This document shows, piece after piece, positions 28,040 through 45,336 of a stretch of DNA of 64,000 nt; positions within the stretch are counted from its first letter, which is position 1, and every line of letters starts with the position of its first letter. The notes beneath the pieces were generated by a model. It ran no database searches. It was given only the letters and a program-made list of their open reading frames with translations, and was not told the DNA's origin. The DNA is from the human T2T-CHM13v2.0 reference genome, Homo sapiens. A program made the translations under genes and the position numbers. The stretch lies in assembly GCF_009914755.1 (NCBI RefSeq), contig NC_060944.1; one strand, given 5' to 3'.

Positions 28040-28330
28040 TTCTTTTTTTGAAACGAATTCTCACCCTGCCGCCCAGGCTGGAGTGCAATGGCGCGATCTC
28101 GGTTCACCGCAACCTCCGCCTCCCAGGTTCAAGCGATTCTCCTGCCTTAGCCCCCTGAGTAGCTGAGATTACAGGCGCGTGCCACCATGCCTGGCTAATT
28201 TTTTCTATCTTTAGGAGAGACAGGGTTTCGCCATGTTGGCCAGGCTGGTCTTGAACTCCTGACCTTCTGATCTGCCCACCTTGGCCTCCCAAAGTGCTGG
28301 GATTACAGACGTGAGCCACCGTGCCCGGCC
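28040..28330 (-). mobile_element. Alu
   Basis: Antisense dimer. Confidence 0.9.
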
Positions 28331-29404
28331 GCTCTCTGTGAAGTTAAAGAACTTGAGTATAATTCAGTTTTTTGGCTTATTCAGAGAACGCTATCTTTGC
28401 TTACACTTTGGTTTTCCTTAGGAAGAGCAATGTGAGAGAGTCCAGTCTCAGCTCTGTTACTGACTTGGTAAGTAATAGGGCAAGTCATTTTTCTGGGATA
28501 CAGCTTCCTTTTCTGCGATTAAAGGGCTTAATGAAAAAAATCTCCAGCATGCACTTCAACCTGTAAAGCTCTTTGTTTTCATGCCTGATGATACAAACAG
28601 ACTTCAGGGAGGGAGGAAGCCATTGTTCCTAAGCGGGAGACATCTGTTTCTAAAAAGGTAACAAACCAGATATTTCCAGAGCCCTTTCAATTCAAACCTG
28701 GATAGAACTTTTTTTAAATCTCTAATAGTTAGCTGAGACAGCAAGAAAGAAGGAATTCCTGAGGGGCAGAACAAAGCACAAATCCAGAGGATTCGCAGTG
28801 CTGGAGCACTGAGTAGGTCAGTTCCTGTAACCTACTCATCTCTGAGCAGAAGTCAAAGCTCTGAGTCTTCATGGAGGAGGAACTTTGGTCAAGACCCAGA
28901 AAGCCTGGAACCCCAAAGGTGCCCCTTCAGTAAAAGGATGAACTTGACAAAAACCTGCCTCAGAGAAAGACGAGAAATCTGCCTGCTTGGTGCTGGCTCA
29001 GGGGTTTTCGGAGAGAGGGTGTCTGGTGTTGGCACAAGGGAGGGTCTCCTGAGAATTCGGTCCACGCACTGTTCCTCATGCAGGTTTGGAACAATTTACG
29101 CTACCTGTACTGCTCAGAGAAAATCAAATGGGGATCTTAAAGCAGTCTCCAACTGATGGTGGCCACAAGTATCTGGCAGAGGCCAGCACGAATTTTCTGT
29201 GCAAGAACACGTCTTAACCCCAGTCCTCCCTCTATCCCAGATAAACCTCTGAGGATCATGAACTCACAGTCAGGTACGTGAGGAAACAAGCCACCCTGAT
29301 AAGAATCAGCAAAAATAACATAATCAGACTTGCAAGGACCTAGTGGAATTACCAGACACAGATTAAATTCAGAGAACTAAAACAGTAACTAAAATGGGAC
29401 CAAG

Positions 29405-30084
<680 letters not shown>

Positions 30085-30538
30085 CTATTGGAATGTTTCT
30101 CTAGTTTTCATCGTGAATTGCTTTGGCCTTTCCCTGGAGCTCTTAACTGTTGGCCTTCCTGCTCCCTGACTGGATATTTGACTCTATGAAGCCTCTTTCA
30201 CAGGCGTCTTTTGGCCAAGCAACTCCTCGCCACTCTGTCTGCTCCCCAGTAACGACCGCTTGCCTGGGGCATCATTTTCTCTCTGGCTTTTTCTTGCTCT
30301 CCTGCCGGCATTCAGCCTTTCCCTCCAGCTTCCTGTCCCCACTCTGTCCCCAGAGCATTTCCTTTGCATCCTTGTTTTCAATTCTTGCCCTAATTCCTTT
30401 TCCCTCCCAACCTGGGGGTCAAAACTTGGGTGATAAAACTAATCACTAATAACTAGAGTGGCTGCAGATTCCCCAGCCCTCCCAGTATTATCCCTGCAGC
30501 AGAATATTTGGTGAATTTGTGGGCAATTCATGAAATTC

Positions 30539-30823
30539 TTTTTTTTCTTTTTTCTTTAAGACAGTCTCACTCTCGCCCAGGCTGGAGTGCAGCGGTGCGA
30601 TCTCCACTCTACTGCAGCCTCCACCTCCCGGGTTCAAATGATTCTTGTGCCTCAGCCTCCCAAGTAGCTGGGATTATAGGCATGCACCACCACGCTCGGC
30701 CAATTTTTGTATTTTTTGTAGAGATGGGGCTTCGCCATGTTAGCCAGGCCTGGCCTCAAATGATCTGCCTGCCTCAGCCTCCCAAAGTTCTGGGATTACA
30801 GACCTGAGCTGTCTTGCCCAGCC
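30539..30823 (-). mobile_element. Alu
   Basis: Antisense, flanked by caattcatgaaattct direct repeat. Confidence 0.88.
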
Positions 30824-31769
30824 AATTCATGAAATTCTGCTTTGGTCAAAAGAGCTATTTTTATGAGTAATCTTCATGAGATTACAGCCTGAAACTTCCC
30901 GCCAAGCCTTTAATGTTTTGAACATTGTAAGTCTGGTGTTCAGCTGTCCTTTATAATTCAAATATCGAGTGCCCAGTGTTTCACTACTACCAGTCAGGGA
31001 GCTTGATATTCACATGAAAACAACATAAAAGCATACAGAAAAACATGCAAAAGCAATTTTCCTCCCTACGCATGTATAAGGCACTATAGAAGTGAATTGG
31101 TCAGACTCACTTGTCTCAGAAAAGAAAATTCGGTCCAAACTACTGTTCTTGATAGCACATTTGCCAAGAGCATTAAGATTACCTCACTAGAGTCCTTCTG
31201 ACGTAGTTCCCTTGAACTCCAGCTGTTTCAGCCTTCAGACAACCGGATATTATGCAAGCACCCAGTTTCCTAGACTAATAGTTCTTGCAATGTTTGTCCA
31301 CATTAAAGGCTCATTTGCCTTAAAATACTAATGGATTGCAGCAAAATGTCTAAGGCAGTTTCTCACACCTTTCATTCAGAAAAACCATAGAGGGCTCAAA
31401 TAACAGACCGAGAGGTCAAGTTCCTTATTCACAAAATATCAAACTAGGTATCTATGTAGGAGCTAGTTGATATAATTTCAGGGCCAAAGCCTATTACTTT
31501 TGTGTCTTACTTTTCTAGTTGAGGTTGTTTTCCCTAGAAAAAACAACTTGTGAATTATAGCATTCTGATCTGTATTATGAGCTTAAGGGCAGGCTCTTCA
31601 GTATAGGGAAGAATCACTGCCGGGAGTCTGCCAAGTTGATGGAAACCATCTGAACTTGAGTTACTGTGGAGTCTTTTCTAAGAGACTTGAATTCAGTTTC
31701 TGGGTCTGTTACTTTACTCTGTGACCTTGGGCAAGTTTATCCATCCTTCCTTTTCATTACAGAGAATTT

Positions 31770-32285
<516 letters not shown>

Positions 32286-32622
32286 ATATTAATATATTAT
32301 TATTAATATAATTTATATCTTAATATCTCTATGGATCTCCTCCTTGAACCAAACTGTTCATTGCGTGGGGTCATTGTTCCCTCCCTGTTATCTGCTATCG
32401 CCTGCAGCATGCCAATTACTTGGCCCTGAAGTTAATTTCTAACAATGATAACATTTAAAAATGTGGACTGTCTCAGCCAGAAATCAGTCAGCTACTTCAA
32501 TGGGTAAATACATCCTGGTGCCCAGACTTGTGGGGACGACACATGGGACAACCAGAGGACAAGACGCTAAGTGCTATCTGTTGAACTTGCCTCAGAGGTG
32601 TGGTAAAAGAAAAGAAAATTTA

Positions 32623-33078
<456 letters not shown>

Positions 33079-33589
33079 CTATGCTGTAGGTCCTCTCTAG
33101 AGATTGGATCTGAATTTAGGAAAAGTAAAAAGAGTTGGCAAGTGATGATAAACTGCATGAGCTAGCAGGGGTTTCAAGTACAACACACACGATAAGTTTA
33201 TTTGATTTAAGAGAGAGAATACAGGTGCGGGGCTCAGCATAGCCCTCAGTGCAGAGCCAGTACCCAGAAGATGTTATTCATTAGGTACCGTGAGCAAAGA
33301 CCAGGAGATGAGCATGGGGTTCCGAGCAGGGTGAATGCACAACTGACAGGGTGGGTAGAGTGGAGACTGTGTCCTTTAAGGCAGCCTGTTTGACTGCTTT
33401 TATCCTGGCTGTCATAAGGCAAGTTTTAGGGAGCAGGAAGGAAGAAATGCTGACCGCTATCAGAAATTTGGCCTAGTGGCCTCTCATCAGGGAAATGAGC
33501 TTGGTCTGTTCGGTTGGAGTTGTTCCACAGAGTTCAAAGGACAAGAATGCTGTGTGTTCATACACTGAGCTCTTCGAAGTAGGAACTTC

Positions 33590-33949
33590 GCCCTATAAAG
33601 CAGAAGAGTGGTGTTTTTTTCTTCTTCTTCTTCTTTTGTGGTTTCACATAGCAAATGAGTGACAGTCTCTACTTACAGACAAAGTGAGACGTCAGGCATT
33701 GAGACGTGAGTGTGGCTTGTATTTCTGGTCCTCCCCTGCTTCACTGCTTTCATTTTACTCTTATCGTGCTTTCCAGAAAGTTTGCCTGCTGGGAGAGTCT
33801 TTTTGATCGTTTCCCATGTGTTGTCAGATAGCTCCATAGAATTCAGTTTCTGAGAACCAGCCAGAAGCATGCAGTGACATTGCACAATCTGCCTCTGAAG
33901 CTGGAGATACTAGCTGCAGAGCTCAGGGGAGCTGCTCCACATCACCGAC
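33590..33949 (+). promoter_or_regulatory. CASS4: CASS4 promoter / 5'UTR (CpG-poor, tissue-restricted type)
   Basis: TATAAA 33594-33599, RUNX TGTGGTT 33637-33643, CRE half-site ACGTCA 33689-33694, STAT-like TTCCAGAAA 33771-33779, immediately upstream of the ATG. Confidence 0.6.
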
Positions 33950-33985
33950 ATGAAGGGAACAGGCATCATGGACTGTGCGCCCAAG
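33950..33985 (+). CDS. CASS4: Cas scaffold protein family member 4, coding exon 1 (MKGTGIMDCAPK)
   Basis: gac ATG AAG GGA ACA GGC ATC ATG GAC TGT GCG CCC AAG|gtgagt; phase 0 joins the SH3 exon. Confidence 0.9.
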
Positions 33986-34547
33986 GTGAGTGATGTGGGG
34001 CTGTTTGAATGGGCTCTGGCGGGGAGCAAGCTGTGATGATTAAGGGTGTTGACCAGCTTTAGTTGTGACTTTCTAATAAAGGTTGAATACCAGTGACGTG
34101 TGAGTTGGAGATGGGAAAGTTTAACATAAGTTTAAGTGTGGGAAATAGATGTGTTGTAAAGCTCCTTACCAGTTTGCATCCAAGATGGGTGAAAATGACT
34201 TTGTAGTAGAAATCAGCTTACTTGGTTGACAGCGCCGTCCATCATTTTGCGTCCAGCAAACTCCTGAAGCAAGATGCGAGTCTGCCTCAGCCCCCGCTAA
34301 TTCCTTCTTTCTCTGGACCCCAAAGACACTCAGTGCCACTCTAACTGTCCTATTTGGTTTCTGTGCTCACCTCCCAACAGCAGAGCCCAGACCCTTGCCT
34401 GCAGCCTCCCGTGCTGAGCCCACAGTGGGCACTTACATGTTATTTTCATGTTAACTTGTGCATTATGTGAGCAAAGCTGGAGCTTTCAGACAGACTTCAT
34501 GCCTGTCATGAATCAAAAAAGATTCACTATTTAGAAAGGTGAAAGAA

Positions 34548-35262
<715 letters not shown>

Positions 35263-35944
35263 CTACCCTAGAATTTTGTCCCCAACTACTTACTTTGAAA
35301 AATTTCAAACCATTGGAAAAATATGGGAAGCGTGGGGGTTATTCAGTAAATCCCTGCATATCCTTCACCTAGATCATTGGTTTCTGGTACTTTGTCATAT
35401 TTGTGTGCATTTATTTGTGTATATTTAGACACTGGAACACACTTCATTTTTATTGTTGTTGTTAAACTCTTTGAAAATAAATGGCCAATACAATGACGCT
35501 CCACCCCTAAACTTCATTATGTGTCTCCTAAGAACAAGGACATTCATCTACAGAACGTAGAAGAATATCTACATATCATCATACCCAAGAACATTTCACA
35601 TTTATTTAATAATGCCTTTCTACTATTCAGTCTAATTCACGTTGATTTAATAATGCCATTCTACTATTCAGTCCACATTCACATTTTCCAAAATTATCCT
35701 TTTTAGCTTTTCTGGCTGTTGTTGTTTGTGTGTGTGTTTGTCTTTCTGATCCAGGTGGTGTTTGTCAATTCTCAGTTCTTAATCTAGAACAATCTACTAC
35801 CTTTTTCTCTTTCATAACATTGACCTTTTTTCTAAACAGCCTAGATTTTTTATGATTTAGACTTCTTTTTATGTACTGCTTATTCTGCCTAAATAATTTA
35901 TGTAGCGCTTTACAATTGGGTGGGGTTTTGTTATTTAAAAAAAA

Positions 35945-36355
35945 TATTTTTAGCAATGGGGGTATCACTCTGTTGTCCAAGCTGGACTCAAATTCCTGAA
36001 CTCAGGTGATTCTTCTGCCTCAGCCTCCCAAGTACAGGATTACAGGTGCACACCACCGAGCCCCACTGCAATTTGTAAATAACATGCATGTTTGCATAGA
36101 ACATATAATTGATATTCCCAGCATCCCCATGAAATTCTGCTATTAATATTATACAGATAGGCCGGGAGCGGTGGCTCATGCCTGTAATCCCACCACTTTC
36201 AGAGGCTGAAGCGTGTGGATCACCTGAGGTCAGGGGATTAGCCTGGCCAAAATGGTGAAACCCCATCTCTAGTAAAAATACAAAAAAATTAGCTGGGCAT
36301 AGTGGTGCACGTCTGTATTCCCAGCTACTCGGGAGGCTGAGGCAGGAGAATTGCT
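35945..36355. mobile_element. Alu monomer on - (35945-36065) and truncated Alu on + (36160-36355)
   Basis: Alu consensus fragments. Confidence 0.8.
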
Positions 36356-36379
36356 TTATATATATATATAAATAGTAGC

Positions 36380-36800
36380 CAACCCTTACCGATTGTCTAC
36401 ATGTGAGGCCCTGTGCTGAGTGCTCTACTTGCATTTTCTCACTATTACATCCTCACAACATCCTCATGAAGCAGAGGTATTATTCCCCTGTCACAGACGA
36501 GGAAACGAGGCCTCGCTGACTTGCCCAAGGCCATACAGCTAGTAGGTGGCAATGCCAGGAATCAACCCCAGGCAGACTAAGCTCAGAGCTCCATTCTTAG
36601 CTCATTATATTCTCTCCCTTGTACCAGGGGTTGGCAAACTCTTCATAAAGAGTCAGATAGTATTTTATGCTTTGCAGGCCAAATACAATCTCTGTTGCAT
36701 ATGGTTGTTTGTTTATGCAGTCCTTAAGATATGTACAGTCATTCTTCACTTATGGGTCATCCATCTAGATTTGGTCCACAGGCCCTTGTGTAGCAGCCTA
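36380..36800. mobile_element. MIR (~36380-36610) followed by MER58-like DNA transposon (~36625-36800)
   Basis: cagacgaggaaacgaggc...gacttgcccaaggccatacagctagta; caggggttggcaaact...gagtcagatagta...ttgcaggcca. Confidence 0.6.
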
Positions 36801-37501
36801 TGTCATCTCAGTTTACGTAGGCCACCCCCACCCACCCACGCAGTACCAGGAAACACCCAAGTTGTCGACACCTAGTTCAGAGGCATCCTCAGTTAACTGT
36901 TTCTTGGGTGTCCCTACAGAAACTATCAATGCATCTATAAGATACATGTTTTAAGGTTTTACACAAATAGGAGCTGTAAGTAAAGATCTGTTGAGCTTCT
37001 TGCCTTTAGCAACTACCAATACGTACTGGTGTTCAGTTCATATTAGTGCAGTTGATCCATCTCATTAATCTTAATGCCTACATTGTTGCTCAATTGCTTT
37101 ATAAATGGTAGCACAATGCTTCAAGGGGTCATGTCATGTCAGTGGTCCTTAGCTTTGGGGCATTCGCCTTTAAAACAACCCTGCCTTTCATTCAGGGCCA
37201 CCGCAGATAGCCTTTCAGACCCTGAAGTTCGCCTTTGTACATCGTATGGTAAACAGGGACTGTTCTCGCAAGCTGTTCCTAATTCTACCTGCTGGCCAGT
37301 AGCTCCGTTGCCAGTAGAGCTGCTTTCACCTTTGTGCATGGCAGATTTTGTGTAATATCCAGACTGATTTATTCTATTTTTTAAAAATTGTTTTATAGAA
37401 CAAGGCGAAATTTTTTTAAAACACGTGATATTAGTGATAGGAAACACTGGCCTCAAAGGTGGTAAATTTAACACCTCATTCATTGGTTTGTGGAACTCTA
37501 G

Positions 37502-37888
<387 letters not shown>

Positions 37889-38014
37889 TAAGTGGGCTTA
37901 TTATACGTAAGTTCTTATTTTGGATTTTTGGTAGTTTCAAGATGCCTTAGTTACGAAAATAGAGTCTGCAATGTACTTTAGTGATTCAGTCCTGTTTGCT
38001 ATAAATTCTGTTTA

Positions 38015-38018
<4 letters not shown>

Positions 38019-38049
<31 letters not shown>
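38019..38049. repeat. (GT)n microsatellite
   Basis: Read directly. Confidence 0.95.
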
Positions 38050-38052
<3 letters not shown>

Positions 38053-40956
38053 CACACATGCCATTACAGGTAATATTGAAATTAGCATCTTCATACACAG
38101 CCCTTTTTTCCCCAATAACATGATTTTCTCACTGGAGTAAATGTCCAGGAATTGAAAGAGGATTTTACTGAATGAAATAAGCTTTGGCACTTATTTTCCA
38201 TCATTTTCTGAGAATTTCTGATATTTGATTCTATTTTAAACCTACTTTCCCCAGTATTTTCTCTACAATCTGTACTTTCTTTTATAAAGACAGCTATGTG
38301 CTCATTCAGTTTTCTGAAGGCATTTTTCAAGCAAGCATCTTTACTATGTTACTGAAGAGTGGATGGTCCAATATTTATACTGTAAGAACATTTAAATGTG
38401 ATTATCTTTCACATTTTAAATTCAGCCTCAATTAAAGAGCAAATCTTTTTTGTCTCTCTCCCATCTCAACTCTGAGTGGCATGGTTTTGGACCCACTCAA
38501 GAAGGATCAAGGTAAAAATGTAGAATTTTTTAAAAAATCTTCCACATCTCAAGGTTGGTTTAAACACGACAAAATGTGTTGGCTTGGAAGTGTGTACCAC
38601 TTGCTGGGACTTGGCTTGCTTCAGTGCTTCTGGGCAAGAAAGCCTGGTGAGGCTTCGTTTGTGAGTGGAGAGCAGTTTTAGGTTCTCTTTGTACCTTTAG
38701 CAGCTCTGAGGTGGTGAGCAAGACATTTCAAACTCAGTCTTTGTTGAAGGGCAAATGGGATTGTGTGCAGAAAGCTGACCTGGCCCTTCAGGGCCCATTA
38801 GATCCCACTCCGAGCAGCTCTCCTGCCTCAGTTCCTTCCCCTTCTCCCCTGCTGTTCCCCGCCTTGGATTCTTCTCTCTCTAGCAAGCATCGCCTCACCC
38901 AGAGGCCTCTCTGGACCACGCTGTGCAAATCACTTCCCCCCTACACAGGCCCACCGCCAACACTCTCATCTATCTTACCTTCACTTATTAAGATCTGAAA
39001 TTATCTCACTTTGTTTGTTCCTCTGTCTTCCTCTCTGGGAACGAAACTCCATGAGGGACAGACCTGGGCTTTCTTACTCAGTGCTGCATCTCCGGTGCCT
39101 ACAACAGTGCCTGCACAAAGTAGTTGCTCAATACATGCTTTGTGGTAGTGTGTGAACGAATGGGAGCTTACAGGGAGTGCAGGTGGAGCCCTGGCTGCAG
39201 CCCCGCTGTGAGGATAGGAACAGCACTACTTTCTAGTCAGCAGGTGTTTGGCAACGGAGGTCATTCCTGACTCTCAGCTCTCTAACCCCTACCTGGCGTC
39301 AGCCTAAGCTGCCACTCAGCCTGTTCTCTTGACAATTGTCCCCCTCCTTGTCCATGGTCAGATGTTGCCTTAGATGCAAGCTGTTGCTATTGAAATCAAG
39401 GTCACAAAGACCTGTAGCCTCCCTCCAGCATTTCCCAGCAACTTCCTCCCTTCATCTATTCCACGAGGCAAAACAGCCCAGACACAACACCCAACTCGAA
39501 AACACAGCTCACCATCCATGCCTCAGCCATTCACCCAATGCATAGTTATTGGGCTCCGGGGGTTCAGGGTGATCAAGACAGAGCTGACATTCCAATGGAG
39601 TGAGCATGACAGTGAGTAAATAGACCCATGGTTTCAGGTGGTGAGAACTGCCAGAAAGAGGAGAAAACAGGGGGATCTGATGGAGGCGATGGATGGAAAA
39701 GGCCACTCTGAACACCCAAGAGATGGGAAAAGCTTTCCAGGAAGAGGGAACAGCAGATGCCAAGGGCCTGCAGTGGGAAGGTATTCAGCATAGTACAGGG
39801 CCCCTGTAAAGACCCATGGGGTCAAAGAAGAGTAAACCAAGAGAGAGAGGGGTCAGAAGTGAGATCTGAGGTGTAAGCAGGATAACATAGGGCCTGGTCG
39901 GCCGTGTAAGAGCTTTGAAGCCATTCTAATTGCAAAGGAAACCACCAGCCCACTTAAAGCAGGAGATGACATGATCTAATTTATGTTTTCTAGATCACTC
40001 AGGCTGCTGTGCAACAGATGGGCTGTAAGTAGGAAAGAGCAAAAGCTGGTAAACGTGGAGACTTCAGTGTAGGTGGCTTCATTTTCCACTGGGGTGGTAC
40101 CCTGCTCTTCTCCATGGACACGAAGGAGAATCGTGTACTCTGTCTTTAAAAAAGTAGAACTTTTGATGTTTGAGACCGCTGGTCGCCGTGTCGGGTGGGG
40201 AGTGGTTGTGAGCAGAAAAAATAGTAAATCAAGGAGTAGATAGCTTCTATTTATGTGTGTTACGTTTGATTCAGGAACACAATGTACCTTTCATTCCGTC
40301 AACAAATATTGAATGCCTGCTGCACACCAGGCACTGTTCTAAATGCTTCCAAGTCCAAGTGCCTGGTCCCCTTTCTCCATATGTAGTAAATAATTATTAT
40401 GACTAATAAAAAATCCATCACATACTCATTATTGGTTCCCCTGTTTAATCACCTGTAGTCTTTGAACATTTTATTTCCTATAGAGCACACTTGGGGGGAA
40501 AAAAAGCTAAGGAGAATGCCACCATCACCCCAAAACTTAAAAGGTCTGAGAATAGACAGGCATTGGCCGACACGATAATGGAATGGGGAAGCAACTGTAG
40601 AATCAAAACAGGGCCGTTTTGGAATTGCGATGACTAAGGGAGGAAATGACAGGGGCCTGAAGGGGAAATAGCTTAAAAGGAGGAAGGTGGGAGGCTGGTA
40701 AGAGAGCTGCCACGGAGGGGGAGATTAGAACACTCCAACTTGAGTTGCAAAAAAAGGAAATACATTTTTTAGGAACCATTTCCAAACATAACGCCTATGA
40801 AGTGTTTGTTCAGGGGAAGAGCAGCCTTGTACACACACCTACGAAAAGCATAGTCGACACTGAGAAGACTGAGAAGAATATGCGTGGCCTCTTGTTCCTG
40901 GGAAAGCATCCCCAGCTCTCAGTGTGGGAGATCCTGCACTTCCCCCACACCACCCC

Positions 40957-41555
<599 letters not shown>

Positions 41556-41846
41556 AAGCTCCTCTAGGAGATGAGTGTGGACTGTGAAAAAGTTATTCAC
41601 AGGCAATTTGAGGCCACCTACCTGGCCACTCAGAGAGTTTCTCCACGAGTTTATGTTAGTGAATGTATTGTTCTTTTCCTTTGAACAACTGCTTCACCTT
41701 ATCATCAAGAGCAGCTTTTGTTTGCTCTACATGTTCTGGACAGCCCAGGCAGTCTGTCTTTTGTGGGGTTAGGGAGGGACAGGGGGCAAAAGAGCAGTAG
41801 GGTCATCCCTGTGTCTTGGAGGTGTTTGCCATCTGGTTAACAGTAA

Positions 41847-42186
<340 letters not shown>

Positions 42187-42311
42187 AGGTTCAAAAGTGA
42201 GAGTCTCCCCACGGTTGAAAGGGGAATAGAAGCACAAGAGTCAGTAATCAATAACAAACAACTCAAGGTGCTCCTTCCTTACACTGGTGTTCCCCAAAGT
42301 GAGGTGAATTG

Positions 42312-44522
42312 CCAGCCACTGGGAGTCAGGGCCAGTTACATAAGACATTCTCGGTAAGCCCCCTTTGGGTATCCCAAATAAGGACTGGGGTGGGTTTATG
42401 TGTAGTCCATTATTAACAACTAAACGAACAAACCTAGTGAATTGCAATAAATTCACACCAACAGAACAAAAGAAGAAAAGCTTAAACAAAAGAGTGGCTC
42501 CTTGCTTTCCTGAAGCACCTCTAAAAATGACCATAGAAAGATGGAAAAGTTTGGTGAACAAGCCTGAACCTTCACTCATTTCTCTGTCATGCATTAAACA
42601 GCTTGAGCCAGCTTTGAATTCTTCCTGGTCAATCAAATGGAAGTGCCCTGACTGCAGGCATGCCAGAGGATTTCAAGTGTGGTGCACAGAACAGTTTTTG
42701 TACAATACTGGTGTATCTTGATTTGCATTCAAACAAACTAAAACTAGCTCATCAAACCTGTAATTTCATGGGTAACATCGCTGAGGGACAGTTGTTTTTT
42801 AATTGACTCAATTTGTTATTTTACCTAAAAAATTGTAGTGGCACGTGGATATGACAGGAAGCAGGCAGTTGCTAGACACAAAACCCTTTAGAAACACAGG
42901 CTGGGGGCTGGGTGTGGTAGTCCACGCCTGTAATCCCAGCACTTTGGGAGGCTGCAGTGGGAGGATCGCTTGAGCCCAGCTGTTGGAGACCAGCCTGGGC
43001 AACATAGCGAGACTATCTCTACAAAAAATTTTTAAAAGTAGCTGGGTTTGGTGGCTCATGCCTGTAGTCCTAGCTACTTGAAAGGCTGAGGTGGGAGGAT
43101 CGTTCGAGCCCAGGAGTTCGAGGCTGCAGTGAGCTGTGATCGCGTCACTGCAGTCCAGCCTGGGTGACAAAGTGAGACCCTGTCTCTAGAAAAGAAAAGA
43201 GAAAAAGAAACACAGGCTTAGACAAAGTTTTCTTCTAATTGGTGTCGGCATAATTGCTTACGACCCATCAAATAACACAAAACTCCTTCTTTCTTTATGC
43301 CTTTCCTCACTTTTTTCCTTAAAAAAAGAAAAAAGGAAAGAGGGAAGGAAAGGAAAGGAAGTTAGAGAGAAAAGCACCTGCATGTTATTTTCTCTGTAAT
43401 CCCTCAGATGGCTTTCATGAACTAAGAGGTAAGAGTAAGAGAAGAATTCATGGGAAATGTAGATTTTGCAGCTGGATGGGAACTTTGGCGATTGCCCTGG
43501 GAAGCTATCTCACTTTCAGGTGAAGAAACTGAAACCCAGAGAAGTTCTGTTACTTGCCTCCTCCTTCGGTGGGTTTTTCATGAGCAAGGGTGAAATTGTC
43601 AGCCCCTTGACTTGATCCAACAGTTCCCCAAACCAAATATCTTAAGCAATAACTCAGGGACTTAGCTGGCAAGGAATAGACTTGGCGGTGGCAGGCAGTG
43701 GCAAGGCTGTGAATGAACACACTACGATCTCTGGAGCACTTTGAGTTGGAGAATGCAGTCTGGTATGACATGGGCCCATCTTGGGCCACATCCATGATAA
43801 TCAATTATGTGAAGGCCTGAGAGACCTTTATTGTTGCATCATTTCAATCCTGAGCTTAGATCAAGGAAACCAGTCACCTGTTCCCCCGGTGTATATTGTC
43901 AGACATACAGTAGGTGCTTGATAAATAATTGCCAATTCAATGAAGCCTTAAGTGCAGCTTAGCAAGGTTTCCATGAGTAGAGGAAGTATATTAAAGCATG
44001 TCGATCTGGGTAACACCCAAACCTGCTGGAAAAGCACAGTATTCAGGTATCAGGGAAGCAAATGTTTCATTTCCACTGGGTGGCTTTGGAATTTTTTTCT
44101 GGCCACAACCTCCTCCTCAAAGCCCCGTTAGTAGGCAGTGCCTCCTACAGCTGCGGAAGTTCCTTTAATGTGTGGCTTTTTCATCTGAATCATCAGGAAG
44201 AATTCAAAGCTGGCTGGGTCAGAGTTCAATGTTATCATGGAGAACCAGTTAAAGTTTGCGTTTATTCACAGCATGTGCCATTCTCCACGATTATTTTTAG
44301 AGGTCTTAAGAAAATAAGGAACTCTCTTTTCATTAAAGTTTTTCTTTTTCTCTCATATCCCTCCTCATATCCAAGTTCACCCGGTTCATTCACTTCTTTG
44401 TCCCTGGTTTCTCTGGATAAACCGGCCACAAAGGCTATTTGCATCCATTTGGATGGGAGGGAACCAATGGGAGTGTGGGAGAGAATGCGTTATGTAACCA
44501 GCCCATCCTTCCCCATGGCTGG
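42312..44522. repeat. Diverged inverted duplication: arm A 42312-42648, arm B 44174-44522
   Basis: 22-nt exact inverted match (42606-42627 vs 44194-44215) plus collinear blocks along both arms. Confidence 0.85.
42906..43208 (+). mobile_element. Alu (AluJ-like)
   Basis: Full dimer with GA-rich tail. Confidence 0.88.
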
Positions 44523-44900
44523 GGTGGCAGGAAGGGCAGTGAGCCTCCCCCAGGAGCTTAGAGACCCACTGGCCAGATCCACAGGCAAGGACAGCTGCAG
44601 AGAAAGTTTAGACCCAGACCTCACAGCATTCCTGCACAAACTCCTACAGAAAGATTTCCCTTCCCAAGCGACTTCTGCTGGTGTTTTCCAGGATATGGAT
44701 AGTACTTTTTAAAATAGTTTCTTTAAAGGATCAAGATGAAGGTGAATGTGAGTATCTGAGTTTCTGTCTTCTGACATCCATTTCCTACAACTCTTTGATT
44801 GTGTGGGACTCTGAGTTGACTATATAAAGGGGTCCAGAGCTTGTTATTTCCAATGCTCCCCACTATATTAAGGAAGTAGGTAATGATGGTTTCCAAATGA

Positions 44901-45336
<436 letters not shown>

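Noticed and set aside
33960-33973. CAGGCATCATGGAC around CASS4 Met7 is identical to the 14 nt around the AURKA start codon (9686-9699, minus)
   Set aside because: 14-mer matches are expected many times by chance in a 64-kb two-strand self-comparison, and Kozak bias raises the odds; flanks do not extend
44062-44712. 216-aa ORF (longest in the window) and its partial counterpart 42241..42636
   Set aside because: No recognisable domain or splice structure; the peptide similarity follows from the DNA-level inverted duplication, and indels between the arms do not suggest codon-level constraint. PhyloCSF would settle it
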